From: Amoebophrya sp. A120
Lineage: Eukaryota > Protista > Dinoflagellata
Assembly (NCBI GenBank): GCA_905178155.1
Contig: CAJINV010000032.1
Coordinates: 49,128-113,127, forward strand
Direction: 5' to 3'
Length of the DNA: 64,000 nt
Below, piece by piece: positions 12,601 to 24,255 of the stretch. The translations under genes and the position numbers were made by a program. The notes under the pieces were generated by a model. It did not search any database. It saw only the letters and a list, made by a program, of their open reading frames with translations, and was not told the DNA's origin. Position 1 is the stretch's first letter, and each line of letters starts with the position of its first letter.

Positions 12601-15600
12601 TCCCAAAGCCGGGGAAAAATCCACCGCCTTGGGGTTGTCGATGAATTGCTCGGCACCACCTAGCCCCGATGCTCTGCGGCTGTCGATGAATTGTTTACCG
12701 GCTCCGCGGTGTGCCCTTTCTTGCTCCTCCCAAAGCCGGGGAAAAATCCACCGCCTTGGGGTTGTCGATGAATTGCTCGGCACCACCTAGCCCCGATGCT
12801 CTGCGGCTGTCGATGAATTGTTTACCGGCTCCGCGGTGTGCCCTTTCTTGCTCCTCCCAAAGCCGGGGAAAAATCCACCGCCTTGGGGTTGTCGATGAAT
12901 TGCTCGGCACCACCTAGCCCCGATGCTCTGCGGCTGTCGATGAATTGTTTACCGGCTCCGCGGTGTGCCCTTTCTTGCTCCTCCCAAAGCCGGGGAAAAA
13001 TCCACCGCCTTGGGGTTGTCGATGAATTGCTCGGCACCACCTAGCCCCGATGCTCTGCGGCTGTCGATGAATTGTTTACCGGCTCCGCGGTGTGCCCTTT
13101 CTTGCTCCTCCCAAAGCCGGGGAAAAATCCACCGCCTTGGGGTTGTCGATGAATTGCTCGGCACCACCTAGCCCCGATGCTCTGCGGCTGTCGATGAATT
13201 GTTTACCGGCTCCGCGGTGTGCCCTTTCTTGCTCCTCCCAAAGCCGGGGAAAAATCCACCGCCTTGGGGTTGTCGATGAATTGCTCGGCACCACCTAGCC
13301 CCGATGCTCTGCGGCTGTCGATGAATTGTTTACCGGCTCCGCGGTGTGCCCTTTCTTGCTCCTCCCAAAGCCGGGGAAAAATCCACCGCCTTGGGGTTGT
13401 CGATGAATTGCTCGGCACCTCCTCGCCCCAATCGTCTGCGGCTGTCGCCGAATTGTTTACCGGCTCCGCGGTGTGCCCTTTCTTGCTCCTCCCAAAGCCG
13501 GGGAAAAATCCACCGCCTTGGGGTTGTCGATGAATCGCTAGGCACCTGGCGCCCGTAGATGCATGGCACGCCATCAGAGTGCGATAGGGGGCGCACTCTC
13601 TCCGGGAGCTCCGCGCCGGCTGGCAAAATCCTGCCAAATTCTGCCGACAACCAAACCGCCAGAATGGCGAGCCAGACCAAAGAACGGACAGCGCCCGAAG
13701 ATGCATGGCGCGCCATCAGAGTGCGATAGGGGGCGCACTCTCTCCGGGACCTCCGCGCCGGCTGGCAAAATCCTGCCAAATTCTGCCGACAACCAAACCG
13801 CCAGAATGGCGAGCCAGACCAAAGAACGGACAGCGCCCGAAGATGCATGGCGCGCCATCAGAGTGCGATAGGGGGCGCACTCTCTCCGGGACCTCCGCGC
13901 CGGCTGGCAAAATCCTGCCAAATTCTGCCGACAACCAAACCGCCAGAATGGCGAGCCAGACCAAAGAACGGACAGCGCCCGAAGATGCATGGCGCGCCAT
14001 CAGAGTGCGATAGGGGGCGCACTCTCTCCGGGACCTCCGCGCCGGCTGGCAAAATCCTGCCAAATTCTGCCGACAACCAAACCGCCAGAATGGCGAGCCA
14101 GACCAAAGAACGGATAGCGCCCGAAGATGCATGGCGCACCATCAGAGTGCGATAGGGGTCGCACTCTCTCCGGCTGGGTGCTCCACGCCGGCTGGCAAAA
14201 TCCTGCCAAATTCTGCCGACAACCCAGCCGCCAGAATGGCGAGCCAGACCAAAGAACGGACAGCGCCCGAAGATGCATGGCACACCATCAGAGTGCGATA
14301 GGGGTCGCACTCTCTCCGGGTGGGTGCTCCGCGCCGGCTGGCAAAATCCTGCCAAATTCTGCCGACAACCCAGCCGCCAGAATGGCGAGCCAGACCAAAG
14401 AACGGACAGCGCCCGAAGATGCATGGCACACCATCAGAGTGCGATAGGGGTCGCACTCTCTCCGGGTGGGTGCTCCGCGCCGGCTGGCAAAATCCTGCCA
14501 AATTCTGCCGACAACCCAGCCGCCAGAATGGCGAGCCAGACCAAAGAACGGACAGCGCCCGAAGATGCATGGCACACCATCAGAGTGCGATAGGGGTCGC
14601 ACTCTCTCCGGGAGCTCCGCGCCGGCTGGCAAAATCCTGCCAAATTCTGCCGACAACCAAACCGCCAGAACGGCGAGCCAGACCAAAGAACGGGCAGCGC
14701 CCGAAGACGCATGGCACACCATCAGAGTGCGATAGGGGTCGCACTCTCTCCGGCAGCTCCGCGCCGGCTGGCAAAATCCTGCCAAATTCTGCCGACAACC
14801 AAGCCGCCAAAATGGCGAGCCAGACCAAAGAACGGACAGCGCCCGAAGATGCATGGCGCACCATCAGAGTGCGATAGGGGTCGCACACTCTCCGGGAGCT
14901 CTCTGCCGAGAGTGCGACAGGGGAACGGCACAGAACTTGGCGGGCTTTAGTTCTGCGCCGTTCCCTGCACGCTGTCGCCCATTCTTGCTGCTCCCTTTTT
15001 GCAGCACTTCACAACAGCCCTGCCGGCGGCAGGAATGTTGCAAACTAGCGACCAAGCCCGCCAAGCTCTGCGCAGTTCCCCGCACGCTGTCGCCCATGCC
15101 GCTACCTTTTTGCAACAATTTTTTCGGCACTTTGGCGCGGGGGTTTCTCGCTGAGGGGGTCCCTTTTTTTGTGCTGGGCTTAGTTTGTTCGTTTAGAACT
15201 TCCAAGGCCGCGGAACTTCGGCGCGGGGGTTTCTAGTTGAAACTCTACACGACTCACCTAGTCGGGGGGCGGTCGCCTAGGCGAGAGGCGAGCGCCCTGG
15301 CGGAAGGCGAGCGCCCTGGCGGAGGGTGGGCGTCTATGCGTAGAGCAATTGGAATCACCGCCCGCAAAGAGTCCTTCCCAGGGGACCGGTTTACTCACTG
15401 CTGGCTACGCCACAAAAACCCGCTCCGAAGAGGGGCCGGCCTCCCAAACGCGGGCCGCGGTACAAGAAGCCGCCCCTGAGGGCACTGACTGCACCGTGAA
15501 ACCACAAGACGCCCCCGCTTTGCAGCAGGAAGCGGACCAGTTGTGGCCCAACGCGGTCGTAGCTCCCTGCACAAGTTCATTTCTCCAAACTCACGTATAA

Positions 15601-18600
15601 TTATCTTCCCCTACTAGAGGTGCTGCGATCTCGCACGAGACAACTTTTTACTTCGATTCGATTTATTTTGTTGGATAACTGACCCAGTGCCCGTTCTCGT
15701 CCTTCTTCCACTTATCCTGCTTCTTGTTCAGGTATCAACCGCAAATGTGCGTGTCAGAGAGAGTACAAATTTTGCGATGCTCAGCGTGCATGCTTCGATA
15801 GTACTCTGTCATGCATTTTTCCAAAGAGATACATAAAGACCTGCTTCCAGCAGGGGCATGTGGTGAAACCAGCAAACGACCAAAACAAACGCTGCCATGC
15901 AGAGGGCCAAACCCAGCCCCAGCACAATTCTGTTTTTTGGTCCTTTCATACATAAGGACGATTTTTTTAGCAGCAGCTGCAGCAAACTCCTTGAGACACT
16001 CATCCTATTTCTCGGTGCATATCCAGTCCGGCTTGTCCTTCTTCACGTCGTTCTTGTGGTCGGGGTGTGAATTGCAAAGATGTGTCTGGGTCTGGAAACT
16101 TGTGATGCTGAATGTGATTGGGTGAAACAGTTTACAAACCTGCGTTTTTGATCTTGCAGAAATACATATTTTCTACGAATGGAAGATTCGCATCACAAGT
16201 TCAACTTGTCCAGCAGACCATTAAGACACTACATTTTCCATGCGTACGACGATCCATTCTCCGTCACCCTCTTTCTTCATCCATTTGCCCTCATCGTTTT
16301 TCCGCCAGAGCTTGTCAATCTGCCGCCACTCGCCGTTCGGATCCCGGTGCCAGACCGTTTTCTTCCACTCGCCATTCTCGTCTTTCTTCCACTGGTTCTT
16401 TCTCGGTTTATTTTCGCCGTTTCCGTTCGCACCGTAGTTCGCCCTCGTTTCCATCTTCGACCCCATCTTGCGTTGGGCGGCTGCGGTCGCTCTTTTCGCG
16501 GCGTTCTCCTTCTCTCTGGCCAAGGCAGCAGCGGCTGCTTCCGCGGCTTTCCGCAAGCCTTCGCCCGTCGTTGCCGGCTGTGCCCGCAGCACGTCGTCCC
16601 CCTGAAGCATTATCTCGACGGGGCTTCGCTTGTCCACTGGCTTTTCCCGAGTCGCCGTTCCGTTCGCGAGCGCGGCAAGCTTCGCGGCGTCCATGTTCAG
16701 CTGCTCGGCCACGATTTGCCGACGGTAGGTGGCGGACAAGCTCTCCACGAAGTTTGCTGCCAGTTTCCGGGCCTTCATGCTGCTAGCGCCGTGGATAGCG
16801 AGGGACACCATAGTGCACTTCATCATACCGTCCTCCGCGTAATCAAAAGCGGTTTTACCATTTGGCAGGCAGACCATATCGATGTCGGCACCCAGCTGGA
16901 CCAGGCGATCGCAGGAGATACGGTTTCCAAAGTACGCCGCGTAGTGTAGGGGCGCCCAACCCTCCGTATCCAAGGCGTTAGCTAGCGGCCCAAAGTACTC
17001 GAGCGCCGCGACGTTGCCCTTCTGCGCCGCGTAGTGCATCACGCATCGCCCGCGGTGGTCCCGGATAAAGCCGATGTTGATGTTGCGACACCTGTGTACC
17101 GCGTTGTGGATGTCCTGAGGTGTTTATCCTGTGTAGCAGCACCCCTTTTGCTTTCTGCAACTCCTCCTCCCATGCAAACTTTCAACCGCTTATCAGAATC
17201 AGAAAGAAAAACACAAATTATAACTCCATGTCCTTGCGGAGGTTGAGGTTGCTCTATAAACCTAATGCTGCACTGCGCACCGAATTTGTTTTTCTCTTTT
17301 CATCTTTCTGGGACTCCAACGGCGTCACGCATGACAAAACCCCAGATTGCAGAAGACGACGCCGAGGTGCTACGCACGATAATGTTCCGCCGCGCACCAC
17401 GCTGAGCAGTTCGCGGGCCTGCGGATTCTTTTCCAGGTCGATCCAATCGCCCCGCGGCGGGAGGTACAGGCAAGGGTCGCAGATCCACGTCTTTTCCTTG
17501 GGCCGCACGTCGCGCTTCTTATCACAGGCAAAAATGTCTGGGTCTGGAAGATTGAGAGATTTGTCATGCTTGTCTGGCATGACCAAAAGGTTTGTGATGC
17601 GTGTCCGAGAAGAGACCCTTTTGCCTGTCATGCAAAAACGCAACGCAACACAAAGAAGCGCAGATATTTCTCATGCTTGGATGTGCATTGCAGAGCATTC
17701 ACTATTCCCAACGCAGCATTACAAGTTTCCAGATCCAGACATTTTTGCAATCCATACTTCTGTACGGTGTCCAACGTCTTGCAGCGCCGCGTGAGAACGC
17801 CGTCCAGTTGGCGCAAGCAGTCCTGGAGAATGTCGTCTTCCCCAATGGGTTCGTCCGCGATCATGGTCAGAATCTCGTGCAAGGGCCGACTTTCAATTTC
17901 GTTCTCCTCGAACAGTTCCTTCTCCTCGAGCCATTCTCGGAAAAACCCCTGAAACTGCACGAAGTCGGTCTCGCCCGCCTCGTCCACCTTCGACTCCAGG
18001 TTGATGAAGTCGAGCAGCATCGACTTCAAGGGCTTCCCAACCGTCGGAACCTCCGTCAGCCCCTCGTCGTCTGACCAGTACGCGTCGCTTTCGTCGGCCG
18101 GGAAAACCCGTGGAGACCGCGACTCCACGCTGTCGTCGTCATCACTGTAGACCGGTTTCTCCCACCACTTTCGCTGCTGCGACACGACCTGTGGTTGCGC
18201 CACGGCCCCCGGCTGTGTTAAAACCGCAGTAGGGCCCCGTTGTTGTACTGCGGCAGCTGGCTGCGCTGCAGGAGCTGGCTGCGGCGCAGCAGTAGTTCCA
18301 CTGGTCGCTTTGCTGCTACCACTGCTACTCGCACTCTGATTTTTCGTTGGCGCCGTCGGAACTGCTGCCTTGGCCTTGCTGCTGCCACCCGCACTTGCGT
18401 CCACCTTTTCTCGCTTTATCTTCTTTGTTTTTGGTGCATCTTCTTCTGCCTTTTTGCTGCTGCTCCTCGAAGAGGATTTTTTCTCTTTTTTGCTTTTCTT
18501 TTCCTTCTTCGGCTTTTTCGCCGGCTCCGGTGGACCAGGGTCTTTACTGCTTCGAGCGGTGGATGAGGCGGACTTTTCCGTGGTCTTTTTTTCCTTCGTC

Positions 18601-21600
18601 GTCTTTTTTTCCTTCGTGTTCATCGCGTCTTTTTGTTCACTCGCACTCGCTGCAAGGACGGTCTTCTTTGCCCGTTTCAAGAAGTCCTTCTTCGATGCCT
18701 GCAACGCAGCGTGCAGACCGGGAAACTCGTTCTCGTCGTCCCGGTTCACCACCGGCGACTATGCACTGCAAATATGTCCGGGTCTGGAAACTTGTGATGC
18801 GAAGTGGCGATGATTGAGTCTATTCCTGAGAGCTGCCAAGCATGACAAATTTTCAGGACAGCACTTCCTCATGTGTAATGCGCATGAGAAACTGCGTTTT
18901 TGCATGACAGAGAATTCGCACTTTTGTCGGTCACGCAATACAAATTCTACAGGAGTGCAAAACAAGCAATACAGATTCCAATTTTTCCAGACCCAGACAT
19001 ATTTGCAGTTGATAGCGGAGGGTCAGCGACGATGTCCTCATCGAGATCACACGGCATGGGATACTTCACCGGCCGCTTGCTCTTCTGCACCGTGGTCAAT
19101 TTCTGGTAGTTCTGGCCAGGCGTAGTTCCTGAGGCGGATAATTTCGTCGAGCCTGATGATCTGCTGCTGCAGCTGCTCGCAGACGCAGAAGCAAGTCAAA
19201 TATGAGAGTGCACAACGCCCCCTCCCCTACAATTACTTGCATGACATGAGCAGCATCACAGACGACATCAGCAGGGTGCCGCCTGCATGACAAATGCATG
19301 GAGGATGCGGGCTGGGCTCCGAGATGAACCTTGTCATGCAGAGTCGTGCTCGAATGTAGAATCGATCAGGAGTTGCGGATTTGCATGACACGGGGGCGCG
19401 GGGGTTCTTGTGCAGTGTCATAAACACCAGCCGGCTTTTTCCCGCCGCTCTTCTTCGCAACAAGCATCTCGGCTGCCTGTTTCGCCCGCTCCTCCTCTGT
19501 CGCGCTCGGACCGAAGATCAAGTTGGAGCCGGAGGTGGCCTTGCAGCTAGGATCAAGCTTGCCTTTTTTCCCCGTTTTGCTCGCCTGCTCCTGCTATGCA
19601 TTGCAAATATGTCTGGGTCTGGAAATATGCAAGGTTTCTTGTCATGCATATTTTGCATGACCCGTGATGTCTGTTATGCATGATCTAGCAACACAGATTT
19701 TTAGAGGGATTCCTATTGCCTATTCCGCATGAGAAATGCCCTCTCCGCGTAACACAAATTGGAGTCCTGTCGCTGGTCATGCAATACAGATTTTTTTGGA
19801 ATCCAAAGACCGCATTACAAATCGAAATCTTCCAGACTCAGACATTTTTGCAATCCATATCTGCAGCTTTTTATTCGCGGCTGCAGCGGCGGCGGCCCTC
19901 GAGGCGGACGTGGAAGATCTCTTGTTCCAGGCGATCGGATATGCTATGCAAACATGATTTTTCTCGTTTCGAAACTTGTGATCCAAAACCCTCGTCTACT
20001 ACGCGAGACCAAGCAAAAGCATGACAAGTTTCTAAAAATTCACTGTCATGCGAATGGCAGACGAAGCTACACGTGTTGTTGTTTTGTAGCTCGCACAATA
20101 CAAATTTTCGCTTGTCAGTCATCTGACAAGCTCAGCATTACAAGTTCCAAATTTTCCTGACCGAGCAATCTTCGCAGTGGATATAGTCTTCATCCTGGAA
20201 AGGACCTGCTGCTCCTCCGTCCAGCTGTCTTCTTCGGGATATGGAGTGGGAATATTGCGCCACGAGTGATGAAGCTGTCATGCGCACTTTGCTACAGCAT
20301 TCTGAGCAGGAGTTTCGATGTAAATTTCTCATCCATAAGCTACTTACAGAAGTTCTCCTTCATCTCACGCCTGCATATGATATGATCTTCAACACGCTTT
20401 TCATAACCAAACCCAATCTTTCCCGACGATACGGTCCACTGCTGCTTGTCCCACCACGCTTGTCCTTCCGCCTCCCACCAGCCTTGGGAATAGTCGTTCC
20501 ACAACTGCTCCGCCACGGCTACGTCTGTCCAGCGAGAGCCGTCTGCGTACCAGGCAGCATCGTGGTCCCACGAGGATCCAGCCTTGCCGTCACGCCACCA
20601 GACGTCCGCCGTCTCGGCTTGCCATTTCTGCAGGTTCTTGTCGGTCCACTCCTGGTACTGCAGCGCCTTCGCAAGCGCTTCGTCGTCGTGGCTGACGTGC
20701 TCGTTGGTCGCGTGCACTTGGTTCTTCCTGGGTGGACGTGGTGCTGCGACCACACTTTGGTAGCCGACGTTCTCCTCGTGAGTGGTACCCGCATGATCCT
20801 GGACGTAGGTGGGTTCCTGGCCGTAGCTATCTTCTTGCCCGTAATTAGCTTCCTGGCCGTAGCTAGCTTCTTCTCCGTAGCTAGCTTCTTCGCCGTAGCT
20901 AGGTTCTTGCCCGTAGGATTTGGCGTCTTCATGGTATCCGTTCGTCTGGTAGTACCCAGCAACGGTGGACCCGTATCACAAGAAAAAAGTGTTACTGTTA
21001 CACACTTGTTGGAGTTTGTTCTGCATCACAAATTTTCTCTGCATGAGAGGGAAAACTTGCGATGCGCAGACCATAAGGGAAAACACGTATGAAATGAAGC
21101 TCGGATGAAGCATTTCTGGCATGACAGAGCTTGTCTGTCTTGCTTGGCCTGCAACACAACGTGTAACTGTAACACTTTTTTCTCAGGATAACCCGTGCTC
21201 GTCTTCCCGGTTGATGTCTTCACTCGGGCCGTCGAGTTCGTCGTGCTGGTCTATCGCAAGAAAAAACTGTTTCACTGTGAACTTGTGATGCAGAAAATGG
21301 AACACAGAACTCTTTGTCTTGCTACACCTGCAAGACAAGTGTTTTTTAGGGGTGTTTTCCCTTAGGATCCTCGCATGGCAAGTTTTCTTTGTAATGTGTA
21401 GCAAACTTGTAATGCGAAACTTGCAAAATCCTTAATACAGTGAAACAGTTTTTTCTTACGATATGGTCGTAGCCCCAATTGATATCCGGGTCGTAGCTGG
21501 TCGCATCTTGGTCTTCATATGTGCCGTCTTGCCCGGCGGGAACAGCAAGTGCTTCATGAGAACAAGGTCCAGCTTCCTCCTGATACCACGCGCCGTCATC

Positions 21601-23425
21601 TTTCTGGTACGACGCACTGTTGTCCTCGTGGTACGCCGCCAGCGCGGGGCCCGAGTCGTCTTGGTACAAGCCGGCATGATCGTCCTGGTAGCTGGCATCT
21701 TGGTCGTTGTCCTGATAGCTGGCTTCCTGGTCGGTGTATGCGGGATCTTCATGCCAGGAATCGTCGTGATACGTGTTGGAATCGGTCTGCCAGTCGTACT
21801 CGTAGTCCTGATAGGATTCCTCCTCGGCGAATGTCCTGTTGAAAAACGCTCCCTCCCAAACGACATTTTATGCAGTTACCGCAGACGGGCCACCCAGTGG
21901 ATGGCCGCTCGGTGGGAGCAGTCTCCCACCACGTCGTTGAGGCGCCCAGGGAGGTGGAGCACCGTTCGTTGCCCCGAGGACAGAACGGCCAGACAGCACC
22001 TATCCCGCAGAAGTAGCGGGCAACGAAAAATATTCCGACATACGGAATTCGAAAATCCCCGCACAACGGACCAAGCCAGACCATCCGACCAGCGAAGGCC
22101 AGAACTTCCGACAAGCGGAAGTCAAAGTTTCCGACTCGCGGGAGCCAAAATTTCCGACAAGCGGAAGCAAAATAAATCGGCGTATGTCCTGTTGAAAAAC
22201 ACTCCCTCCCAAGCGACATTTTTTACACTCTCGCGGACACCGACGTGCACCGCACTGTTTTCTTTCCACGCCCTCCTTGGGGGGTGGCGCAGGCAACAGC
22301 ATACACTCCTGGAAGGCGCAATTAATTTCTGTTCGGCGTTCTTTTCTTTGGAACCTTTTCTTGTGGGTCTTGTTTGTCATTAAGTGCGAAGATCCCGCAT
22401 TCTCTGCGCATGCAAATGCTCATGCGAACTTTGGGGTGGACGATGCATTTTTATTCAGGATAGCGTAGTCCCAGTGCTCCGTGGTGTTGATCATGATGTT
22501 GGGGTCGAGCAGGTTGTTCTCACACCGAGACATTTATGAAATGCAAACATTTATTCGGAGGCTGGATTTGTCATGCGGGGTTCGAAGAAACTCGAGATCT
22601 GTGCATGCATTGAGAGAAGTAGTGAGATTTTCGTCATGTTCGAAGCCCGTTTGTAATGCTCAAATTAACTTTAAAAGCGGGTGCTCCGTACACAAGACAC
22701 TCCGCTATGCACGACTCAGCAAGACATAGACAAATCATAGATCATCTTCCAGGCTCAGTCATATTTGCAATGCATAGTACCGTGCTGCCGTCAACAACGG
22801 TAGAGTCCACGGGGTCGTCCATGCTGTGCCGCTGTTGATTGGGGTCTTCGATTCCGAAGTTGATGTTGCCCGGGTCCAGCATCTTATCCCATTCCTCGAT
22901 CGTCGCGGGGTCGAGTCTATGCTGTACAAAAGTATCGCAATCGTATAATTTGAATTGCATTACAAATTTCCTCAGCATGAGAAACAAAATTTGTAATGCG
23001 GATTTACCTATGGGAAAAAGATTTGCAATGCATAATTGCAATTATTACGAGCACGATACTTCTACTTTTGCACAGGATAGAGTCCCATGCTCTTCAGGTA
23101 CTCGTCGTCGATAGAGGCTGTCACGTGCAAAAACGTCCCCTCGCCAGACTTGTCATGCAAATCTGCATGCCGGAAAGGGTTTCGCATGCGCAAACCATGC
23201 TGTCTAGGAATTTGCTATTTTCTCATGCTGTCTACGAATTTCTTATGCTCTAATTAGGATAAAGAAATAGTGATGCGGCTCCAGAAGTAACCAAAAACGA
23301 GTACACTACAGATCTAAACTTGTCATGCGCAGCAGAAGTCAAACCTTGTTGATTTGTGTTGCAAAGCCGCAATCTTGATTCTGGGTTTTGGACGTTTTAC
23401 TCAGGATAGAAGGTGCGCCGGTCAT
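9607..23425 (-). CDS. Large ankyrin-repeat protein with an acidic Tyr-rich N-terminal region, a Lys/Ala-rich middle and C-terminal WKKDENGEW-like repeats; 16 non-canonical introns
   Basis: Ankyrin motifs RCVMHYAAQKGNVAALEYF, GWAPLHYAAYFGN and GKTAFDYA at 16830-17050. Manual splicing gives one frame from MTGAPSIDDEYLK (23425) to ...GHWVS|MENKPRWKRNASGEWVQE* (9607). Start codon and the 21830-22462 junction (3-bp repeat) are less certain. Confidence 0.75.
9925..10260. repeat. GC-rich tandem repeat, about 75-85 bp x4
   Basis: GATCGCGGGGATTTTTCCCAAACTCGCCGCCCCGCCGCCCGC seen four times. Confidence 0.9.
10345..10620. repeat. 142/146-bp satellite, left part (2 copies)
   Basis: AGAGTGCGATAGGGGTCGCACTCTCTCCGG...GGCAAAATCCTGCCAAATTCTGCC, same unit as 13560-14900. 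Confidence 0.9.
10620..13546. repeat. 127-bp satellite, about 23 copies, identical core with diverged edges
   Basis: ORF track repeats with an exact 127-bp period; each unit holds TGTCGATGAATTG twice. Confidence 0.97.
13560..14900. repeat. 142/146-bp satellite, right part (about 9 copies)
   Basis: ORF periodicity 142 then 146; internal hairpin GAGTGCGA...TCGCACTC. Confidence 0.95.
15733..16021. mobile_element. Introner, degenerate, A-like
   Basis: TATCAACCGCAAAT / ...GGTGCATA; frame restored (PDW|NKKQDKWKKDENG). Confidence 0.65.
16066..16246. mobile_element. Introner, degenerate, A-like
   Basis: Left TIR contains GTCTGGGTCTGGAA; frame restored (EWIV|DHKND). Confidence 0.65.
17125..17381. 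mobile_element. Introner family F (TATC.TG.GTAGCA)
   Basis: TSD GTGTT/ATGTT; joins the exon into the ankyrin frame. Confidence 0.75.
17520..17756. mobile_element. Introner family A
   Basis: Perfect TSD CTTCT; frame restored. Confidence 0.88.
18760..19014. mobile_element. Introner family A
   Basis: TIR pair; TSD GCGAC/GCGGA; frame restored. Confidence 0.82.
19201..19422. mobile_element. Introner family E
   Basis: TATGAGAGTGCACAAC / TTGTGCAGTGTCATA; TSD decayed, but removal plus 5 nt drops an in-frame TGA and keeps the frame. Confidence 0.78.
19595..19859. mobile_element. Introner family A
   Basis: TSD CCTGC/TCTGC; frame restored. Confidence 0.87.
19940..20183. mobile_element. Introner, degenerate
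   Basis: TATG...GATA ends with GCATGACAA motifs inside; frame restored (RMKT|IAWNKR). Confidence 0.6.
20240..20431. mobile_element. Introner, degenerate
   Basis: TATGGAGTGGGAATATTG / CAATCTTTCCCGACGATA; TSD CGGGA/CGGTC; frame restored. Confidence 0.62.
20974..21190. mobile_element. Introner family C
   Basis: Perfect TSD ACCCG. Confidence 0.9.
21252..21463. mobile_element. Introner family C
   Basis: TIR TATCG.AAGAAAAAACTGTTTCACTGT; perfect TSD TGGTC; close relative of 61613-61827. Confidence 0.92.
22535..22776. mobile_element. Introner, degenerate, A-like
   Basis: TATGAAATGCAAA / TTTGCAATGCATA; frame restored; TSD lost. Confidence 0.62.
22918..23079. mobile_element. Introner family B
   Basis: Perfect TSD GAGTC; frame restored (SMGL|DPATIEEW). 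Confidence 0.88.
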
Positions 23426-23689
23426 GTCCGCGCGGCTCTGGGTCCCGGTATGACATTCAAAATTACTTGCACCTGATGAACGCCTCCAGCTCGCCCCGGG
23501 ACAGCTATTCCCCACGGTAGGGCCACGAAAACCTGCGGCAAAACGGGCCCCGCGAATTCTAGTGGGGGGGCCGCCCCCACTAGAAATTGGCGGGTCCCGC
23601 TCTTCTCGATTTCTACTTGGGGCCGGGCCCCCACTAGAGTTCGCTGGGTCCGTTTTGCCGCAGGTTCTCGTGGCCATACCGTGGGGGGA

Positions 23690-24175
23690 CGGGGAGGTCA
23701 GACCGCATGGTATGCTGCCCCCGCCCGAACCCCGCGGCCCAATTCTCTTCGCGAACGCGACGGCCAGTCGCGTTCGCGAAGAGAATGGGAGGACGGGGAG
23801 GCCAGACAGCATGGTATGCTGCCCCCGCCCGAACCCCACGGCTCAATTCTCTTCGCGAACGCGACGGCCAGTCGCGTTCGCGAAGAGAATGGGAGGACGG
23901 GGAGGCCAGACCGCATGGTATGCTGCCCCCGCCCGAACCCCACGGCCCAATTCTCTTCGCGAACGCGACGGCCAGTCGCGTTCGCGAAGAGAATGGAAGG
24001 ACGGGGAGGCCAAACAGCATGGTGTGCTGCTGCCCCAGCCCGAACCCCACGGCTCAATTCTCTTCGCGAACGCGATGGCCAGTCGCGTTCGCGAAGGGAA
24101 TGGGACGACGGGGAGGCCAAACAGGATGGTGTGCTGCCCCCGCCCGAACCACACGGCTCCATTCTCTTCGCCCGG
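23690..24175. repeat. Tandem repeat, about 104 bp x4.5, each unit with a 20-bp-stem hairpin
   Basis: ATTCTCTTCGCGAACGCGAC-GGCCA-GTCGCGTTCGCGAAGAGAAT in successive units. Confidence 0.93.
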
Positions 24176-24255
24176 GAGAGGGGGAGGGAGGGAGGGAGGG
24201 TCGGGTACCACCTACCTGGAGGGTGTGGTCGGGGTCATTTTGATTTATTTTGATA

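Larger units (their letters stand above)
9669..15677. mobile_element. Giant (about 6 kb) TIR-bounded intron carrying GC-rich satellite arrays
   Basis: Ends are imperfect inverted repeats (TATGCAAGCGAAATTGCAAGTCGAGG... vs reverse complement TATCCAACAAAATAAATCGAATCGAAG...); removal plus 5 nt joins two exons sharing the WK..GEW repeat; no intact TSD. Confidence 0.65.

Noticed and set aside
10620-13546. CRISPR-like array (recurring TGTCGATGAATTG)
   Set aside because: The intervening sequences are identical rather than unique spacers, there are no cas genes, and the context is eukaryotic.
10620-13546. 5.8S rRNA or other RNA gene array (TCGATGAA)
   Set aside because: Only an 8-nt match; I recognise no further rRNA, 5S or spliced-leader sequence in the unit.
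11171-14950. Dozens of repeated 68-188 aa ORFs
   Set aside because: Artefacts of GC-rich satellites whose periods (127, 142, 146) are not multiples of 3.
20241-22383. Long hydrophobic plus-strand ORFs (283 and 306 aa)
   Set aside because: Antisense shadows of the acidic minus-strand exons; they run through introners.
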